Position numbers and translations under genes: made by a program. A DNA stretch of 64,000 nt from Thermotogota bacterium (GTDB lineage: Bacteria; Thermotogota; Thermotogae; MWEM01): assembly GCA_036743375.1 (NCBI GenBank), contig DAINPP010000001.1, positions 208,154 to 272,153 on the forward strand, written 5' to 3'. This document shows positions 45,337 to 55,744 of the stretch, piece by piece. Position 1 is the stretch's first letter; each line of letters begins with the position of its first letter. The notes under the pieces were generated by a model. The model searched no databases and was not told where the DNA came from. It worked only from the letters and a program-made list of their open reading frames with translations.

Positions 45337-46629
45337 ATGAGAATGTATGATCTGATTTTAAAGAAGAGAAACGGTCTCGAATTAACCAAAGAAGAAATTG
45401 AATATATCATCAGCGGTTATGTTGATGGAAGCATACCGGAGTATCAAGTATCCGCATTCTTGATGGCTTGTTATTTCAAGCATCTGACTAAAAAGGAAAC
45501 TTATCTACTCACCGAATGTATGCGTTATTCCGGAGATACCGTTGATTTATCCGCTATTCAGGGAATAAAGGTTGACAAGCATTCCACAGGCGGTGTCGGG
45601 GATAAGACAACTCTGACACTCGCACCGATGGTTGCAGCCTGTGGGGCAAAGGTTGCCAAATTATCCGGCAGAGGTCTTGGACATACCGGCGGTACGATTG
45701 ATAAACTCGAATCAATCAGAGGGTTTAACACATCCGTTGCCATGGATGACTGGATCGATCAGGTCAACTCAATAGGGATTGCCGTAGCGGGTCAAACGGC
45801 AAACCTCGTCCCCGCAGATAAAAAGATCTACGGATTACGGGATGTAACGGCAACCGTCGACGAAGCCTCGTTGATCGCATCGAGTATTATGAGCAAAAAA
45901 CTTGCCGGTGGAGCCGATGCCTTTGTGCTGGATGTAAAAGTCGGATCAGGTGCATTTATGAAAGATGTGGAGTCAGCTTCAGAATTAGCTCATATCATGG
46001 TAGATATTGCGAACAATGCAAATAAAAAGGCTTGCGCCATCTTGACAAACATGGATCAGCCACTCGGAAACAAAATAGGAAACGCCTTGGAAGTCGAAGA
46101 GGCCATTGATACGTTAAAGGGAAATGGACCGGCAGATTTCACAGAATTATGTATGATACTCGGCGAAAAGATGCTGAAATTTGCATTGGGTATTCCCGAA
46201 ACCACTGCAAGAAAGAGGCTTGAGGAAGCTGTTGACAGTGGCGCTGCCTATCAGAAATTCATAGAATTTGTAAAGGCACAGAACGGCGACATATCAGCAC
46301 TGGATAGCCTTGTCAAGTGTAAGGGAATCTATGAATACAAGGCGGAAGAAACCGGATATATCAGCGGGATCAATACGGAAAAGATCGGTATTGCCGCGAT
46401 GGTACTGGGTGCCGGTAGAGAAAAGAAAGATGATATACTCGATTTTTCTGTGGGTTTTGATTTTGTTAGAAAAACAGGTGCTTATGTGAAGAAGGGTGAA
46501 AAAATCCTTGATATTTATTATAACGATGAGAAAAAACTTGCCTCTTCAATCAAATGCCTTGAAAATTCCATCTGTTTCGATAAATCCGAAAGTGTAAAAA
46601 AACCGCTGATATTTGATATAATTGAATGA
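45337..46629 (+). CDS. pdp: pyrimidine-nucleoside (thymidine) phosphorylase
   Basis: KHSTGGVGDKTTL and SGRGLGHTGGTIDKLESI signatures. Confidence 0.85.
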   Translation: MRMYDLILKKRNGLELTKEEIEYIISGYVDGSIPEYQVSAFLMACYFKHLTKKETYLLTECMRYSGDTVDLSAIQGIKVDKHSTGGVGDKTTLTLAPMVAACGAKVAKLSGRGLGHTGGTIDKLESIRGFNTSVAMDDWIDQVNSIGIAVAGQTANLVPADKKIYGLRDVTATVDEASLIASSIMSKKLAGGADAFVLDVKVGSGAFMKDVESASELAHIMVDIANNANKKACAILTNMDQPLGNKIGNALEVEEAIDTLKGNGPADFTELCMILGEKMLKFALGIPETTARKRLEEAVDSGAAYQKFIEFVKAQNGDISALDSLVKCKGIYEYKAEETGYISGINTEKIGIAAMVLGAGREKKDDILDFSVGFDFVRKTGAYVKKGEKILDIYYNDEKKLASSIKCLENSICFDKSESVKKPLIFDIIE

Positions 46630-46705
46630 TAAGATTTATTCCAACAGAGTTGATAGGTTTATCTGTTAAAGTATATTAGGGTGAATAAATAATATAAAAG
46701 AATTT

Positions 46706-48430
46706 GTGGGGGTATTCAAGATTTTGGGTTTGATAAAAAAAGCGGTAACATTTTTTCTTGTAATAATTTCCTGTGTCGTCATGGCGCAGGAATTGTATTA
46801 TATACAACCGGATGGGAATTATATCAGGTTTCGCGAACCGGATATTTCAATAGTAAGCGGAAAGCTGATGATCAACGTAGAGACTTTGACAGAATTTGGT
46901 GCAGGGGTAACTTCGTTTTCGGGATCAAATAAACACTATCTGATAAATAAAAATACTGGCGAAACACTCGTTGTAGATCCTTATAATGGTTTATTGTTAA
47001 ATTTTTTTGAGGATTATGAAGGTCTTGTCGTTGTGATCTCTGACAAGACTTATCTTTCTGCTGAAACGGCTTTCAGGTTTCTCGGTTTTGATTTTTCCGG
47101 TGATGAAAGGTATTATGTCTACAAATCAAAAGATATTATTCGGCTGAATTCGGTTTCTATGAATCTTAGGGCTGTCACATTTGAATTCTCAAATTCCTTT
47201 TTCAGCGAAGATTCGATGATCAAAGTAGATACAAAGGGAAACGAGGCAAGTATCATGGTCTTTCCCGCCGATATAAAAAACACACTCATAAGGGGAGTGA
47301 TCCTGAAGGAGAGTGATCCGTTCTACGCAGAATTCAACCTCTCTTTTAATGTACCGGTAGATTATAGAATCATGAAAAACGACAATTCAGTCACCGTATA
47401 TTTCACACATGTCGATCCCTATCTTGAGGAAATCCAAGTACTTTCGAGGGGAATTCAGTGGTATAGAAAAAAAGAGGTGTTTGAAAATTCCACGTTGAAG
47501 GTTACCTATCTCGAAATAGACACCACGGAAGCGGAATTCACCCTTAAACCTGAAATTGCCTATAACGGTTTGGGAAACAGGGATAAAGTCAGTAATATGG
47601 TAAGAAAAAATTTTGCCTTTGGCGGGATTAACGCCTCGTACTTCGATACTGTAACGAATTTTCCCGTAGGAATACTGATAATAGATGGAGAGATAGAATC
47701 GGAACCCTTTTATTACCCGAGACCATTTTTCGTGAGAACGGATGAGAATCAATATTCTATACTGGATATCGATACGGAAATACATGTCAGGATCGGTGGG
47801 TCTCTCTTCCTTGTGAAGGGAGTAAACAAGTACAGCAAAAACGGCGATGTGATCGTTTATACGGAGAATTTTGGAAAGACAATTCCTCAAGATCCTTTGA
47901 AAGAATATGTCGTCGTTGTAAATGACAAGGTCATATCAAAGACTTATACCCCAAAGGTCCCCGCAAACGGAAAGGTTATTGTCTTTAATCCCGCGGATCT
48001 GGCAAAATTCATCAAGATCGGCGACGCTTTCTCGATGAATTTTATCGCCCCTGGGTTTCAGTACACTATCACCGATGCCATAGAAGGAGGGCCCTTGTTG
48101 CTCTCCGGGGGACAGCTTGTTGAGGATTTTGAGAGTATTAAGGCAACATACGGATCTAAAATCATAGAGGGAAGAACGCCAAGAACAGTTATTGCCCTTG
48201 CCAAAGATAAGATTGTAATGCTTGTTATTGACGGATATCAATCGGAAAGTTCGGGATTAACGTATAATGAACTCGCAAGATTTCTCCTGAAAAAAGGGTA
48301 TACCGACGCAATGTGTTTTGACGGGGGATCGTCATCGGTGATGCTGGCCGATTCAAGAGTTGTCAACAACCCCTCTTCAGGCGAACCAAACGTGCCTGTT
48401 GGACTTATTTTAGACAGACATGAGGATTAA
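46706..48430 (+). CDS. secreted protein with C-terminal phosphodiester glycosidase (NAGPA/DUF2233-like) domain
   Basis: Signal peptide with GTG start. C-terminal EGGPLLLSGGQLV...RTVIALAKDKIVMLVIDG...MCFDGGSSS matches the NAGPA-like pattern. Confidence 0.5.
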   Translation: MGVFKILGLIKKAVTFFLVIISCVVMAQELYYIQPDGNYIRFREPDISIVSGKLMINVETLTEFGAGVTSFSGSNKHYLINKNTGETLVVDPYNGLLLNFFEDYEGLVVVISDKTYLSAETAFRFLGFDFSGDERYYVYKSKDIIRLNSVSMNLRAVTFEFSNSFFSEDSMIKVDTKGNEASIMVFPADIKNTLIRGVILKESDPFYAEFNLSFNVPVDYRIMKNDNSVTVYFTHVDPYLEEIQVLSRGIQWYRKKEVFENSTLKVTYLEIDTTEAEFTLKPEIAYNGLGNRDKVSNMVRKNFAFGGINASYFDTVTNFPVGILIIDGEIESEPFYYPRPFFVRTDENQYSILDIDTEIHVRIGGSLFLVKGVNKYSKNGDVIVYTENFGKTIPQDPLKEYVVVVNDKVISKTYTPKVPANGKVIVFNPADLAKFIKIGDAFSMNFIAPGFQYTITDAIEGGPLLLSGGQLVEDFESIKATYGSKIIEGRTPRTVIALAKDKIVMLVIDGYQSESSGLTYNELARFLLKKGYTDAMCFDGGSSSVMLADSRVVNNPSSGEPNVPVGLILDRHED

Positions 48431-48512
48431 TCAAAGGATCCAACCAAGAGAACCTGTTTTAATAAATAAATAGATCATTCGAACCGGATCGGTTCGTACG
48501 GAGGTGCATTTT

Positions 48513-50585
48513 GTGGGAATACAGGTAGAAAACAGAAGAACACTGACCTTTATCGGTCATAACGGATCGGGAAAAAGTACACTGATCGAATCAATGCTCA
48601 AAGTTGCGGGCAAAGTCAAGGAGCTTGGAACAACACTTAATTATGATCCGATGGAAAAAGAAAAAAATACAACTCTTTCCATAGGATTGGCAACTTTCAC
48701 AAAGGATGATTATGAATTTCTTGCGCTTGATACACCCGGATTTGGGGATTTTATAAGTGAAGTCATTTCAGGTATGTTTGCTGCAGAGAATGTTATTTCT
48801 GTAATCAATGCCTCTGCAGGGATAGAAGTTCAGACAGAAAGAACATGGAAGGAAGCAGAAGCATTGAAAAAGCCCATCATGGTATTCGTCAACGCCATGG
48901 ATAAAGAAAGGGCAAATTTCGATGAGGTACTCGATGAGCTGAACGCCAAATTCGATAAACACATCGTACCGGTCTATCTTCCAATCGGGCAGGAAGAGAG
49001 TTTTGAAGGTATTGTGGATCTGTTAAACAATTGCGCGTATAAATATGCCGCTGATGGATCAGGAAAAAAAGACAAAATCGATGTCCCCGCCAATTTGTCA
49101 GATAGAGTCGAGACAATCAGATCGGAACTCATCGAAAATATTGTAGAAACCGATGAAGAAATGATGGAAAAGTATCTTGAGGGTGAGGAATTCAGCGGAG
49201 AAGAACTCTTCAAAGCGATGAGAAAGGCTTATATTGATGGAGAACTCGTTCCTATTGCCTGTGGTTCAGCAACACAGAATATTGGCATTGATCTCTTTAT
49301 CGAGCTGTTAAAGGCTACCGGAGCTAATCCACTCGAAAGAAAAACAGACATGACAAAAATGGCCGATGGAGATGCCGATTTTGAACTCGTTCCTGAAAAG
49401 GATGCGCCGTTTGTCGGTTATATATTCAAGGCAGCAGTGGACCCGTTTATTGGAAAACAGTCCTTTGTAAAGGTTCTTTCAGGTTCAGTAGAAACTGGAA
49501 ATGCCTTTGTGAATGTAAATAAAAATTCAAACGAAAAGGCTTCTCATATTTATCATGTAACCGGTAAGGATCAGGATGAGATCACCGAATCGACACTCGG
49601 AGATATCATCAGTGTACCAAAACTTAAAGAGAGCGAAGTGGGAGACACACTTTGCAATCCTTCCAGAAGGTTGCTGGTCGTTAACCCGGAATATCCGGAA
49701 CCGATGATGACAAAATCCGTCCATCCAAAATCAAAGGCGGATATTGACAAGATTTCAAATGGTCTTTCGAGACTCGCGGAATCCGATCCTACGTTCAACT
49801 GGGAACATGATCCCGAGACAAACGACACCGTTATTTCCGGTATGGGAACAACGCATTTGAATGTGATGGTAGAAAAACTGAAGAAACTCTTTAAGATTGA
49901 TGTAGAAGTCGGTCAGCCAAAGATTCCCTATAAGGAAACGGTTAAGGGAAATGCCGATGTCGAATACAAACACAAGAAGCAATCCGGCGGTCATGGCCAG
50001 TACGGACATGTTAAAATCAGAATTTCACCGCGTGAAAGAGGGACGGGATTTGAATTTGCCGAAACGATATTTGGCGGATCCGTACCAAATAACTATATTC
50101 CCTCTGTTGAAAAAGGCGTCGTGGAATCCATGAAGAAGGGAATTCTCGGTGCTTACCCCGTTGTAGATATCAAAGTAGAACTTTACGATGGATCCTATCA
50201 TGATGTAGATTCTTCCGATATGGCTTTCCAGATTGCTTCCAGACAGGCATTTAAAAAAGGGATGGAACAGGCAAAGCCGGTTCTTCTCGAACCGATAATG
50301 GACGTAGAAGTACATACACCGGATGAAAATTCTGGAGATGTTATAGGAGAAATCACTTCGAGAAGAGGAAGGCCAATGGGGATGGAAGCCGGATCAAAAG
50401 GCTATCAGGTGGTAAAAGCCACGGTACCTTATTCTGAAATGCTCGATTTCTCAAACCAGCTCAGCTCAATCACCAGCGGTAAGGGGTATTTCACGATGAA
50501 ATTTGCCAATTATTCTGAAGTTCCGGCAAATGAACAGGAAAAGATCATAGCCACAAGAAAAAGAGAACTCGAAGAAAAAGAATAA
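48513..50585 (+). CDS. elongation factor G family GTPase (EF-G paralog)
   Basis: G1 GHNGSGKST and G3 DTPGFGDF present, followed by EF-G domains II-V. GGAGGTG RBS before the GTG at 48513. Confidence 0.7.
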   Translation: MGIQVENRRTLTFIGHNGSGKSTLIESMLKVAGKVKELGTTLNYDPMEKEKNTTLSIGLATFTKDDYEFLALDTPGFGDFISEVISGMFAAENVISVINASAGIEVQTERTWKEAEALKKPIMVFVNAMDKERANFDEVLDELNAKFDKHIVPVYLPIGQEESFEGIVDLLNNCAYKYAADGSGKKDKIDVPANLSDRVETIRSELIENIVETDEEMMEKYLEGEEFSGEELFKAMRKAYIDGELVPIACGSATQNIGIDLFIELLKATGANPLERKTDMTKMADGDADFELVPEKDAPFVGYIFKAAVDPFIGKQSFVKVLSGSVETGNAFVNVNKNSNEKASHIYHVTGKDQDEITESTLGDIISVPKLKESEVGDTLCNPSRRLLVVNPEYPEPMMTKSVHPKSKADIDKISNGLSRLAESDPTFNWEHDPETNDTVISGMGTTHLNVMVEKLKKLFKIDVEVGQPKIPYKETVKGNADVEYKHKKQSGGHGQYGHVKIRISPRERGTGFEFAETIFGGSVPNNYIPSVEKGVVESMKKGILGAYPVVDIKVELYDGSYHDVDSSDMAFQIASRQAFKKGMEQAKPVLLEPIMDVEVHTPDENSGDVIGEITSRRGRPMGMEAGSKGYQVVKATVPYSEMLDFSNQLSSITSGKGYFTMKFANYSEVPANEQEKIIATRKRELEEKE

Positions 50586-50601
50586 TGTTTTTATCCAATA
50601 G

Positions 50602-50637
50602 GTCTGGAGATTGTAAAATCTCCAGACTTGTGTTTTT
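50602..50637 (+). terminator. rho-independent terminator
   Basis: GTCTGGAGATT, loop GTAAA, ATCTCCAGAC, then TTGTGTTTTT. Confidence 0.6.
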
Positions 50638-50662
50638 AAATTTTTTGAGAAAAGAGTGAAAA

Positions 50663-53173
50663 ATGAGAAACATATCGCAGAGGCTAACCTTTATCCTTCT
50701 CGTAATTCTAATACTTTTTTCAACCAGTTTATTTTCTGAGAATACACTTGAACCGGAAAGCGGTGAAGTAAAGATAGAAATTTCTGCTGACCGGTTTAAT
50801 TTTTCGGGAGATAACAGTCGGGTCATATTCAGCGGTAACGTTCGGATCAAATATGAAGAGATGATCATAGAAGCACCAACCATCACGGCATACTTTTCAT
50901 CCCCGGATACGATTGATTTTTTTAAAGCGGAATCTTCGGAAAGTACATCGGTCATCCTTCATAAAGACAAAGAGGTATTTACTTCAAAGAGCCTCAAGGC
51001 TTATGTTCAGAAAAGAGCTTATTTTCTTTATGAATTACGTGGAACTTATAAATCCAAAAATGCCAAGGGAAAAGAACAGGATATGATACTTGCTTCTGAA
51101 AAAAGCAGAAGTAAAACGTTCGAAGGGAAAAATATCACGGAGGCTCACAGGGGATACCTGACGACTTGCGATGAGGAAAAACCGCATTACAGATTCCAGG
51201 CCAATTACATCGTCGTAAAAAACAGTAATGAGATTATCGCATATGATCTTCTGATGTACATATATGATATTCCTATATTACCGTACCCCGTCTTTTTCAC
51301 CTCACTTGAAAGAACCGCACAACCGGTCGAATCTTCGTTTACCTTTACGGGGAGTTCTGGAATACAAACGCATCTTCGTTTTAATTATTTTTCAAAAGGC
51401 GACGAAATCGGGTCTGTTTTTTTCGATACAGTTGGTGATGGGGATAAAAAGGGGAATACAATAGGAACGGAAAACAAATTCACTCTACCTGATGGAAAGA
51501 CTAAGATATATTTTTATGGTCTTCAGAAGACCGGTGAGGATTTTTCAAACCGGAACAGTGAGATAAAACTTGATCTCTCAAGAAAATGGAACAATTCTTT
51601 TGATTCACTTTTTTATTACAGAAACAAACAGACGGTGAGTAGTGATATCATCAGTACAAGAAATTCAGAGATAGGAATAACATTGAAAGGGAACATCAAT
51701 GGAAATGGAAGTTTCGCCTTTGAAATGGGGAAACAGGAATTGAGAAGCAGCAGTAAGAATACGGATACTTATATTCTGCCATCGTTTTCAATGGGCACAA
51801 TGCGTTATAAATTTTTTGAAGATATTTATCCGGTAAGTATCAATTTCAACACGCTTAAATTCAGTGCAAAGGATACAACAGATGCTTCAGCAACTTTTGC
51901 GGAAGTTCTGGAATCCTTACAGTATGCAGCTCAGTACGGTGTATCAACATCGCTGCCTAAAGTCGTTATCAGAGATATAACACTTGTAAATGGTTTTACT
52001 TCTTCCCTGCAGTATTCTTTTAAAGATGATGCGGAGTATAAGGATGATCTTTTCTTTGACAATACTTTTGAACTGCCGAAGATAGGATTTGACTGGGAGG
52101 ATTATTTCGGGTTGCACACTCAATATACCATGAGGGCCGGTTATCTTGATGATGCAGAAGGCAACACCGCCTATCGATACTCAGAAAATGTGAAAACAGA
52201 TTTAAATTTTAAGCTCTTCATCTGGGACAATACGATCTCTCATGATTATGTATTTCTTAAATCAGATGGAAATACTTCAAGATTTGGCTACAATAAGGAA
52301 AAAAGTCTTCTCAGTTTGACTTCGGCTTTAAAACTTGAACCGCTCGGTTCTAGCATATCGCTAAAAACAACCTATGATTTTCTTAAGAATTCGGAACAGT
52401 TATCCAATCCCCAACTGATTACAAATACTGCATTCGATTTATTTGAAACGGATATCAGTTTAAACACAAAAAGTACTATTGACGCAAGTTCGACTAAATT
52501 CTTATCCACTGATTATTCATTCAAGGTAGATAATCAATATTTCTACAACAATTTAAGTTTTATTTATTTGTACGATCAGGAAATCAATATCAAAAAGCTC
52601 GCTGATTCTTTTGGTATCAAATTCGGACCTTTTGAACAAATGAAAAAAATCAGTTCTGATTTTGACCTCGTTTTTCTTGATAATAACGATGAAGAAGGAC
52701 TGAAGCTCGATAAAATAACAAACAGAAATTCGATTTCTATCGGACAATTCGGTGTTATAAACAGTCTCACTGAAAATTTTGACATTCAGATTTATCCACA
52801 GGAAGATGAGGAAAAAATAAATTATATAAAAAATACTTTAAATATGAAACTTGAGGATATGACACTCGCATTCAGTACCAAATATTCTAAAAACAAAAAA
52901 ATAGCCTTTGATTTTGGCGGGACATTTGAAAAATTAACACTTAACTTTGGTACGACATACGATATAGACGACACAAAGATTGAGTCGATAAAACTTTCTA
53001 TGGTCAAGGACCTGCATTGCTGGGAAAATGAAACAAGTGTTGAGTTCGGATTGAACAGTGAATCGGAACTTGAGCTGACCAAATTCACAACAAGTTTTGC
53101 CATAAAGGCCTTCCCAGAGAAACATGTCAAGATTGAACCGTTGAAGAAAGAATTCGATCTCGCTATCTTCTGA
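50663..53173 (+). CDS. OstA/LptD-like outer-envelope protein (N-terminal LptA/OstA-type jellyroll plus a large beta-rich C-terminal region)
   Basis: Signal peptide. OstA-N-like block SADRFNFSGDNSRVIFSGNVRIKYEEMIIEAP. 836 aa, aromatic-rich C-terminus ending in F. Confidence 0.45.
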   Translation: MRNISQRLTFILLVILILFSTSLFSENTLEPESGEVKIEISADRFNFSGDNSRVIFSGNVRIKYEEMIIEAPTITAYFSSPDTIDFFKAESSESTSVILHKDKEVFTSKSLKAYVQKRAYFLYELRGTYKSKNAKGKEQDMILASEKSRSKTFEGKNITEAHRGYLTTCDEEKPHYRFQANYIVVKNSNEIIAYDLLMYIYDIPILPYPVFFTSLERTAQPVESSFTFTGSSGIQTHLRFNYFSKGDEIGSVFFDTVGDGDKKGNTIGTENKFTLPDGKTKIYFYGLQKTGEDFSNRNSEIKLDLSRKWNNSFDSLFYYRNKQTVSSDIISTRNSEIGITLKGNINGNGSFAFEMGKQELRSSSKNTDTYILPSFSMGTMRYKFFEDIYPVSINFNTLKFSAKDTTDASATFAEVLESLQYAAQYGVSTSLPKVVIRDITLVNGFTSSLQYSFKDDAEYKDDLFFDNTFELPKIGFDWEDYFGLHTQYTMRAGYLDDAEGNTAYRYSENVKTDLNFKLFIWDNTISHDYVFLKSDGNTSRFGYNKEKSLLSLTSALKLEPLGSSISLKTTYDFLKNSEQLSNPQLITNTAFDLFETDISLNTKSTIDASSTKFLSTDYSFKVDNQYFYNNLSFIYLYDQEINIKKLADSFGIKFGPFEQMKKISSDFDLVFLDNNDEEGLKLDKITNRNSISIGQFGVINSLTENFDIQIYPQEDEEKINYIKNTLNMKLEDMTLAFSTKYSKNKKIAFDFGGTFEKLTLNFGTTYDIDDTKIESIKLSMVKDLHCWENETSVEFGLNSESELELTKFTTSFAIKAFPEKHVKIEPLKKEFDLAIF

Positions 53174-53177
53174 TAAA

Positions 53178-53234
53178 GAAAATCCACCTACCGTGGAGTG
53201 CGTTTCACGGTAGGTGGATTTTCTTTATTTTTTT
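53178..53234. terminator. bidirectional rho-independent terminator
   Basis: 17-bp stem AAAATCCACCTACCGTG / ACGGTAGGTGGATTTT, followed by a T-run and preceded by an A-run. Confidence 0.7.
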
Positions 53235-53246
53235 AAAAGTCTAAAG

Positions 53247-54542
53247 TCAAGACAACAATTCGATGACTGCTTCCGGTGAGATCCTTAAAAGAGATCTGGC
53301 GGAAATGTTTATCATGTCAAAATCCTCCTGAGGATTCTGCATGATCTGCTTTAGTATCGGAACGGCCTCGCCCAGTTTTAAGCGGGCTGCAATATTCATA
53401 GATTCCTTTCTAACACCATCATCTTCCTTATAATTCTTTATCGTATCGATGATAAAGGAATAAGCATCTTCGATCTTCAAGCGTCCTATTGCACGAACAG
53501 CAGCCTTTCTGACATTCTTACTGTAATCTTTGCAGACATCATCAATAATCTCTACGATATGATAATCGAGCATTTTACTCATGGCATTCATCGATGCGGT
53601 TCGCACCCTTTCATCCGGATCGGAAATCTTGGATCGGATGATAGGAACCGTTGATGTTTCATTTAACTTGGCAAATCCTTTTAAACTCTGAGCCCTGATT
53701 TCAGCATTTTCATGTTCAACAAAATATTCAAGGGAACTGATCACCCTTGAAGGGGCTTCAATATTCAAATTGACATAAGGCATGATCAATTTTGGGATTA
53801 AGACATCGTCTTTTCGCTGTTCCACAATCCCATTTACAATCTTTTCAGCAATATCCAGCGGGAGGTCTTTAATAATTGAAATGAATGACTGTCTCTCCCT
53901 GTCGGAAAAAGCACTTCTGTCGGTTAAAAAGGCCTCAAGTTTCTCAAGACAATATTTGGGTTCTATGGGAATCAGCTTCACCAAAGCCGTTTTTCTCAAC
54001 TGAAAATCGGAGCTCTCGGAAACCGTCTTCTTTAACAATTCCACATCCTGTGTTCTTTTGATCTTTATTGACAGGGCAAGTTTCTGTACACCGGGATTTA
54101 AATCAGTCAGCAACGGTTCAAGGGTTTCGTTTTCTATCTCCTCTTCGAGTGTTTTCAGGACGGCCAATCTGATTTTCGGGGAATCATTGTTCAGCATTGG
54201 TCTCAGCTCATAGTCAGAAGTCAGCCAATAAATGGTCTGTATGGCTTCAATACAAACAGATTCTTCCGGATCATCCAACAGGGGAATCATTTTTTCATAA
54301 TCATCAGCTACACCCATTTCTCGAAAGTACTTAACAGCTGTTTTTCTGACACCCGGATGTGGATCCTCAAGCAGTTTTGCAATCTTTTCTGAATTGAGTT
54401 CAAACTTAATCATACCTGAAATCGCCTGCATACGAACCGAAGGACTCACCGAATTCAGAAGTTCATCATACTGAACACTAAATTTCGCAACATTTTTCTG
54501 CTCAAAATTGGAAACAAGTTCTTTTGCTATTTTAAAAGACAT
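53247..54542 (-). CDS. HEAT-repeat (PBS-lyase-type) protein
   Basis: Repeated D/N-P-x-x-x-VR-x-xA-x-x-xLG units throughout the 431 aa. Confidence 0.6.
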   Translation of the reverse strand: MSFKIAKELVSNFEQKNVAKFSVQYDELLNSVSPSVRMQAISGMIKFELNSEKIAKLLEDPHPGVRKTAVKYFREMGVADDYEKMIPLLDDPEESVCIEAIQTIYWLTSDYELRPMLNNDSPKIRLAVLKTLEEEIENETLEPLLTDLNPGVQKLALSIKIKRTQDVELLKKTVSESSDFQLRKTALVKLIPIEPKYCLEKLEAFLTDRSAFSDRERQSFISIIKDLPLDIAEKIVNGIVEQRKDDVLIPKLIMPYVNLNIEAPSRVISSLEYFVEHENAEIRAQSLKGFAKLNETSTVPIIRSKISDPDERVRTASMNAMSKMLDYHIVEIIDDVCKDYSKNVRKAAVRAIGRLKIEDAYSFIIDTIKNYKEDDGVRKESMNIAARLKLGEAVPILKQIMQNPQEDFDMINISARSLLRISPEAVIELLS

Positions 54543-54562
54543 AACTTTTTACCTTCCTTATC

Positions 54563-55744
54563 CTATTCATTATAATTCACTTTATCAATAACTTTTTCGT
54601 CGTTAACATCTTGTCTCTGAGAATAGTTCAGTGCACTGATGACAAAACCAAATCCCATGAGAAACGATATCATCGAACTGCCACCATAACTGACAAATGG
54701 AAGCGTAACACCTGTTGGAGGCAAAAGTCCGAATACTACCCCTACATTAATAACAACCTGTAAAAGGATCAAATAGGCATAACCAACCACGATTACTTTC
54801 GCTGCCTGATGATGCACACCGTTTAAAGCTGCATTTATCATATTTCTACACATAAAATAATACAGGATGAGAAGAACGGCCATCCCAAAAAAACCGAGTT
54901 CCTCACCAAGGATTGCAAAGATAAAATCAGTAAACTGAACAGGGATGACATACTTATAACTACCAAGGCCGAGACCCTGCCCCATCAGTCCACCTGAGGA
55001 AATCGCCTTCAAACTGACATCTACCTGACCCTGAGCTTCTCCTTCCTGAATCAGTCCAAGGAAATTCTGTATCCTCTCAAGCTGATACGGCTTGATTAAT
55101 TCAAACTGGAAGGCAAGTATCAAGGCAAGAATTATCAACCCGACAATTAAAAAGATATAGGACCATCTCAATCCGGAGATGTACATCACCATCAACCCGA
55201 TAGAAAATATGATGATAGAAGTGCTCAAATCCGGTTCTGCGGCTACAAGTAAAGATACAATAACTACCCAGGAAAACGGAATAATGAACTGTTCCACTAT
55301 TCCTTTCGTATCATTCTGATTCCGTTTGAAATAATAAGAGGCGAGAAATACTATGAGAACAATTTTCGCAAGTTCTGATGGTTGAACATTGATCCCGGCA
55401 ACCTCTATCCATCGATGACTATGTACATCTGAGGCAAAGGCAAAAACAGCGAGAAGCAAAAACACCGTTCCAATCATATAAAAAGGGGCATACCGTATAT
55501 GCTTGTCAAGCGGAATGAAGGCCACAACGAGCATCGCCACAATTCCCATCACGATAAATTTTATCTGACGTAAAAAATAAGCATCAGACGCATATTCAGC
55601 TGATTTATAAATGAGTATATAGCTCGAACTGTACAGGATGACAATTCCCATTACCATGATTAACGCTAACAGATAGATGATTCCTTTGTAATTCGGCCTT
55701 CCTGATTTCACCTTTTTCACGCTGTTTTCTGGTCCTTGTGACAA
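54563..55744 (-). CDS. ftsW: SEDS family peptidoglycan glycosyltransferase (FtsW/RodA)
   Basis: 10 TM helices. FTDFIFAILGEELGFFG and SGGLMGQGLG motifs. Confidence 0.75.
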   Translation of the reverse strand: MSQGPENSVKKVKSGRPNYKGIIYLLALIMVMGIVILYSSSYILIYKSAEYASDAYFLRQIKFIVMGIVAMLVVAFIPLDKHIRYAPFYMIGTVFLLLAVFAFASDVHSHRWIEVAGINVQPSELAKIVLIVFLASYYFKRNQNDTKGIVEQFIIPFSWVVIVSLLVAAEPDLSTSIIIFSIGLMVMYISGLRWSYIFLIVGLIILALILAFQFELIKPYQLERIQNFLGLIQEGEAQGQVDVSLKAISSGGLMGQGLGLGSYKYVIPVQFTDFIFAILGEELGFFGMAVLLILYYFMCRNMINAALNGVHHQAAKVIVVGYAYLILLQVVINVGVVFGLLPPTGVTLPFVSYGGSSMISFLMGFGFVISALNYSQRQDVNDEKVIDKVNYNE

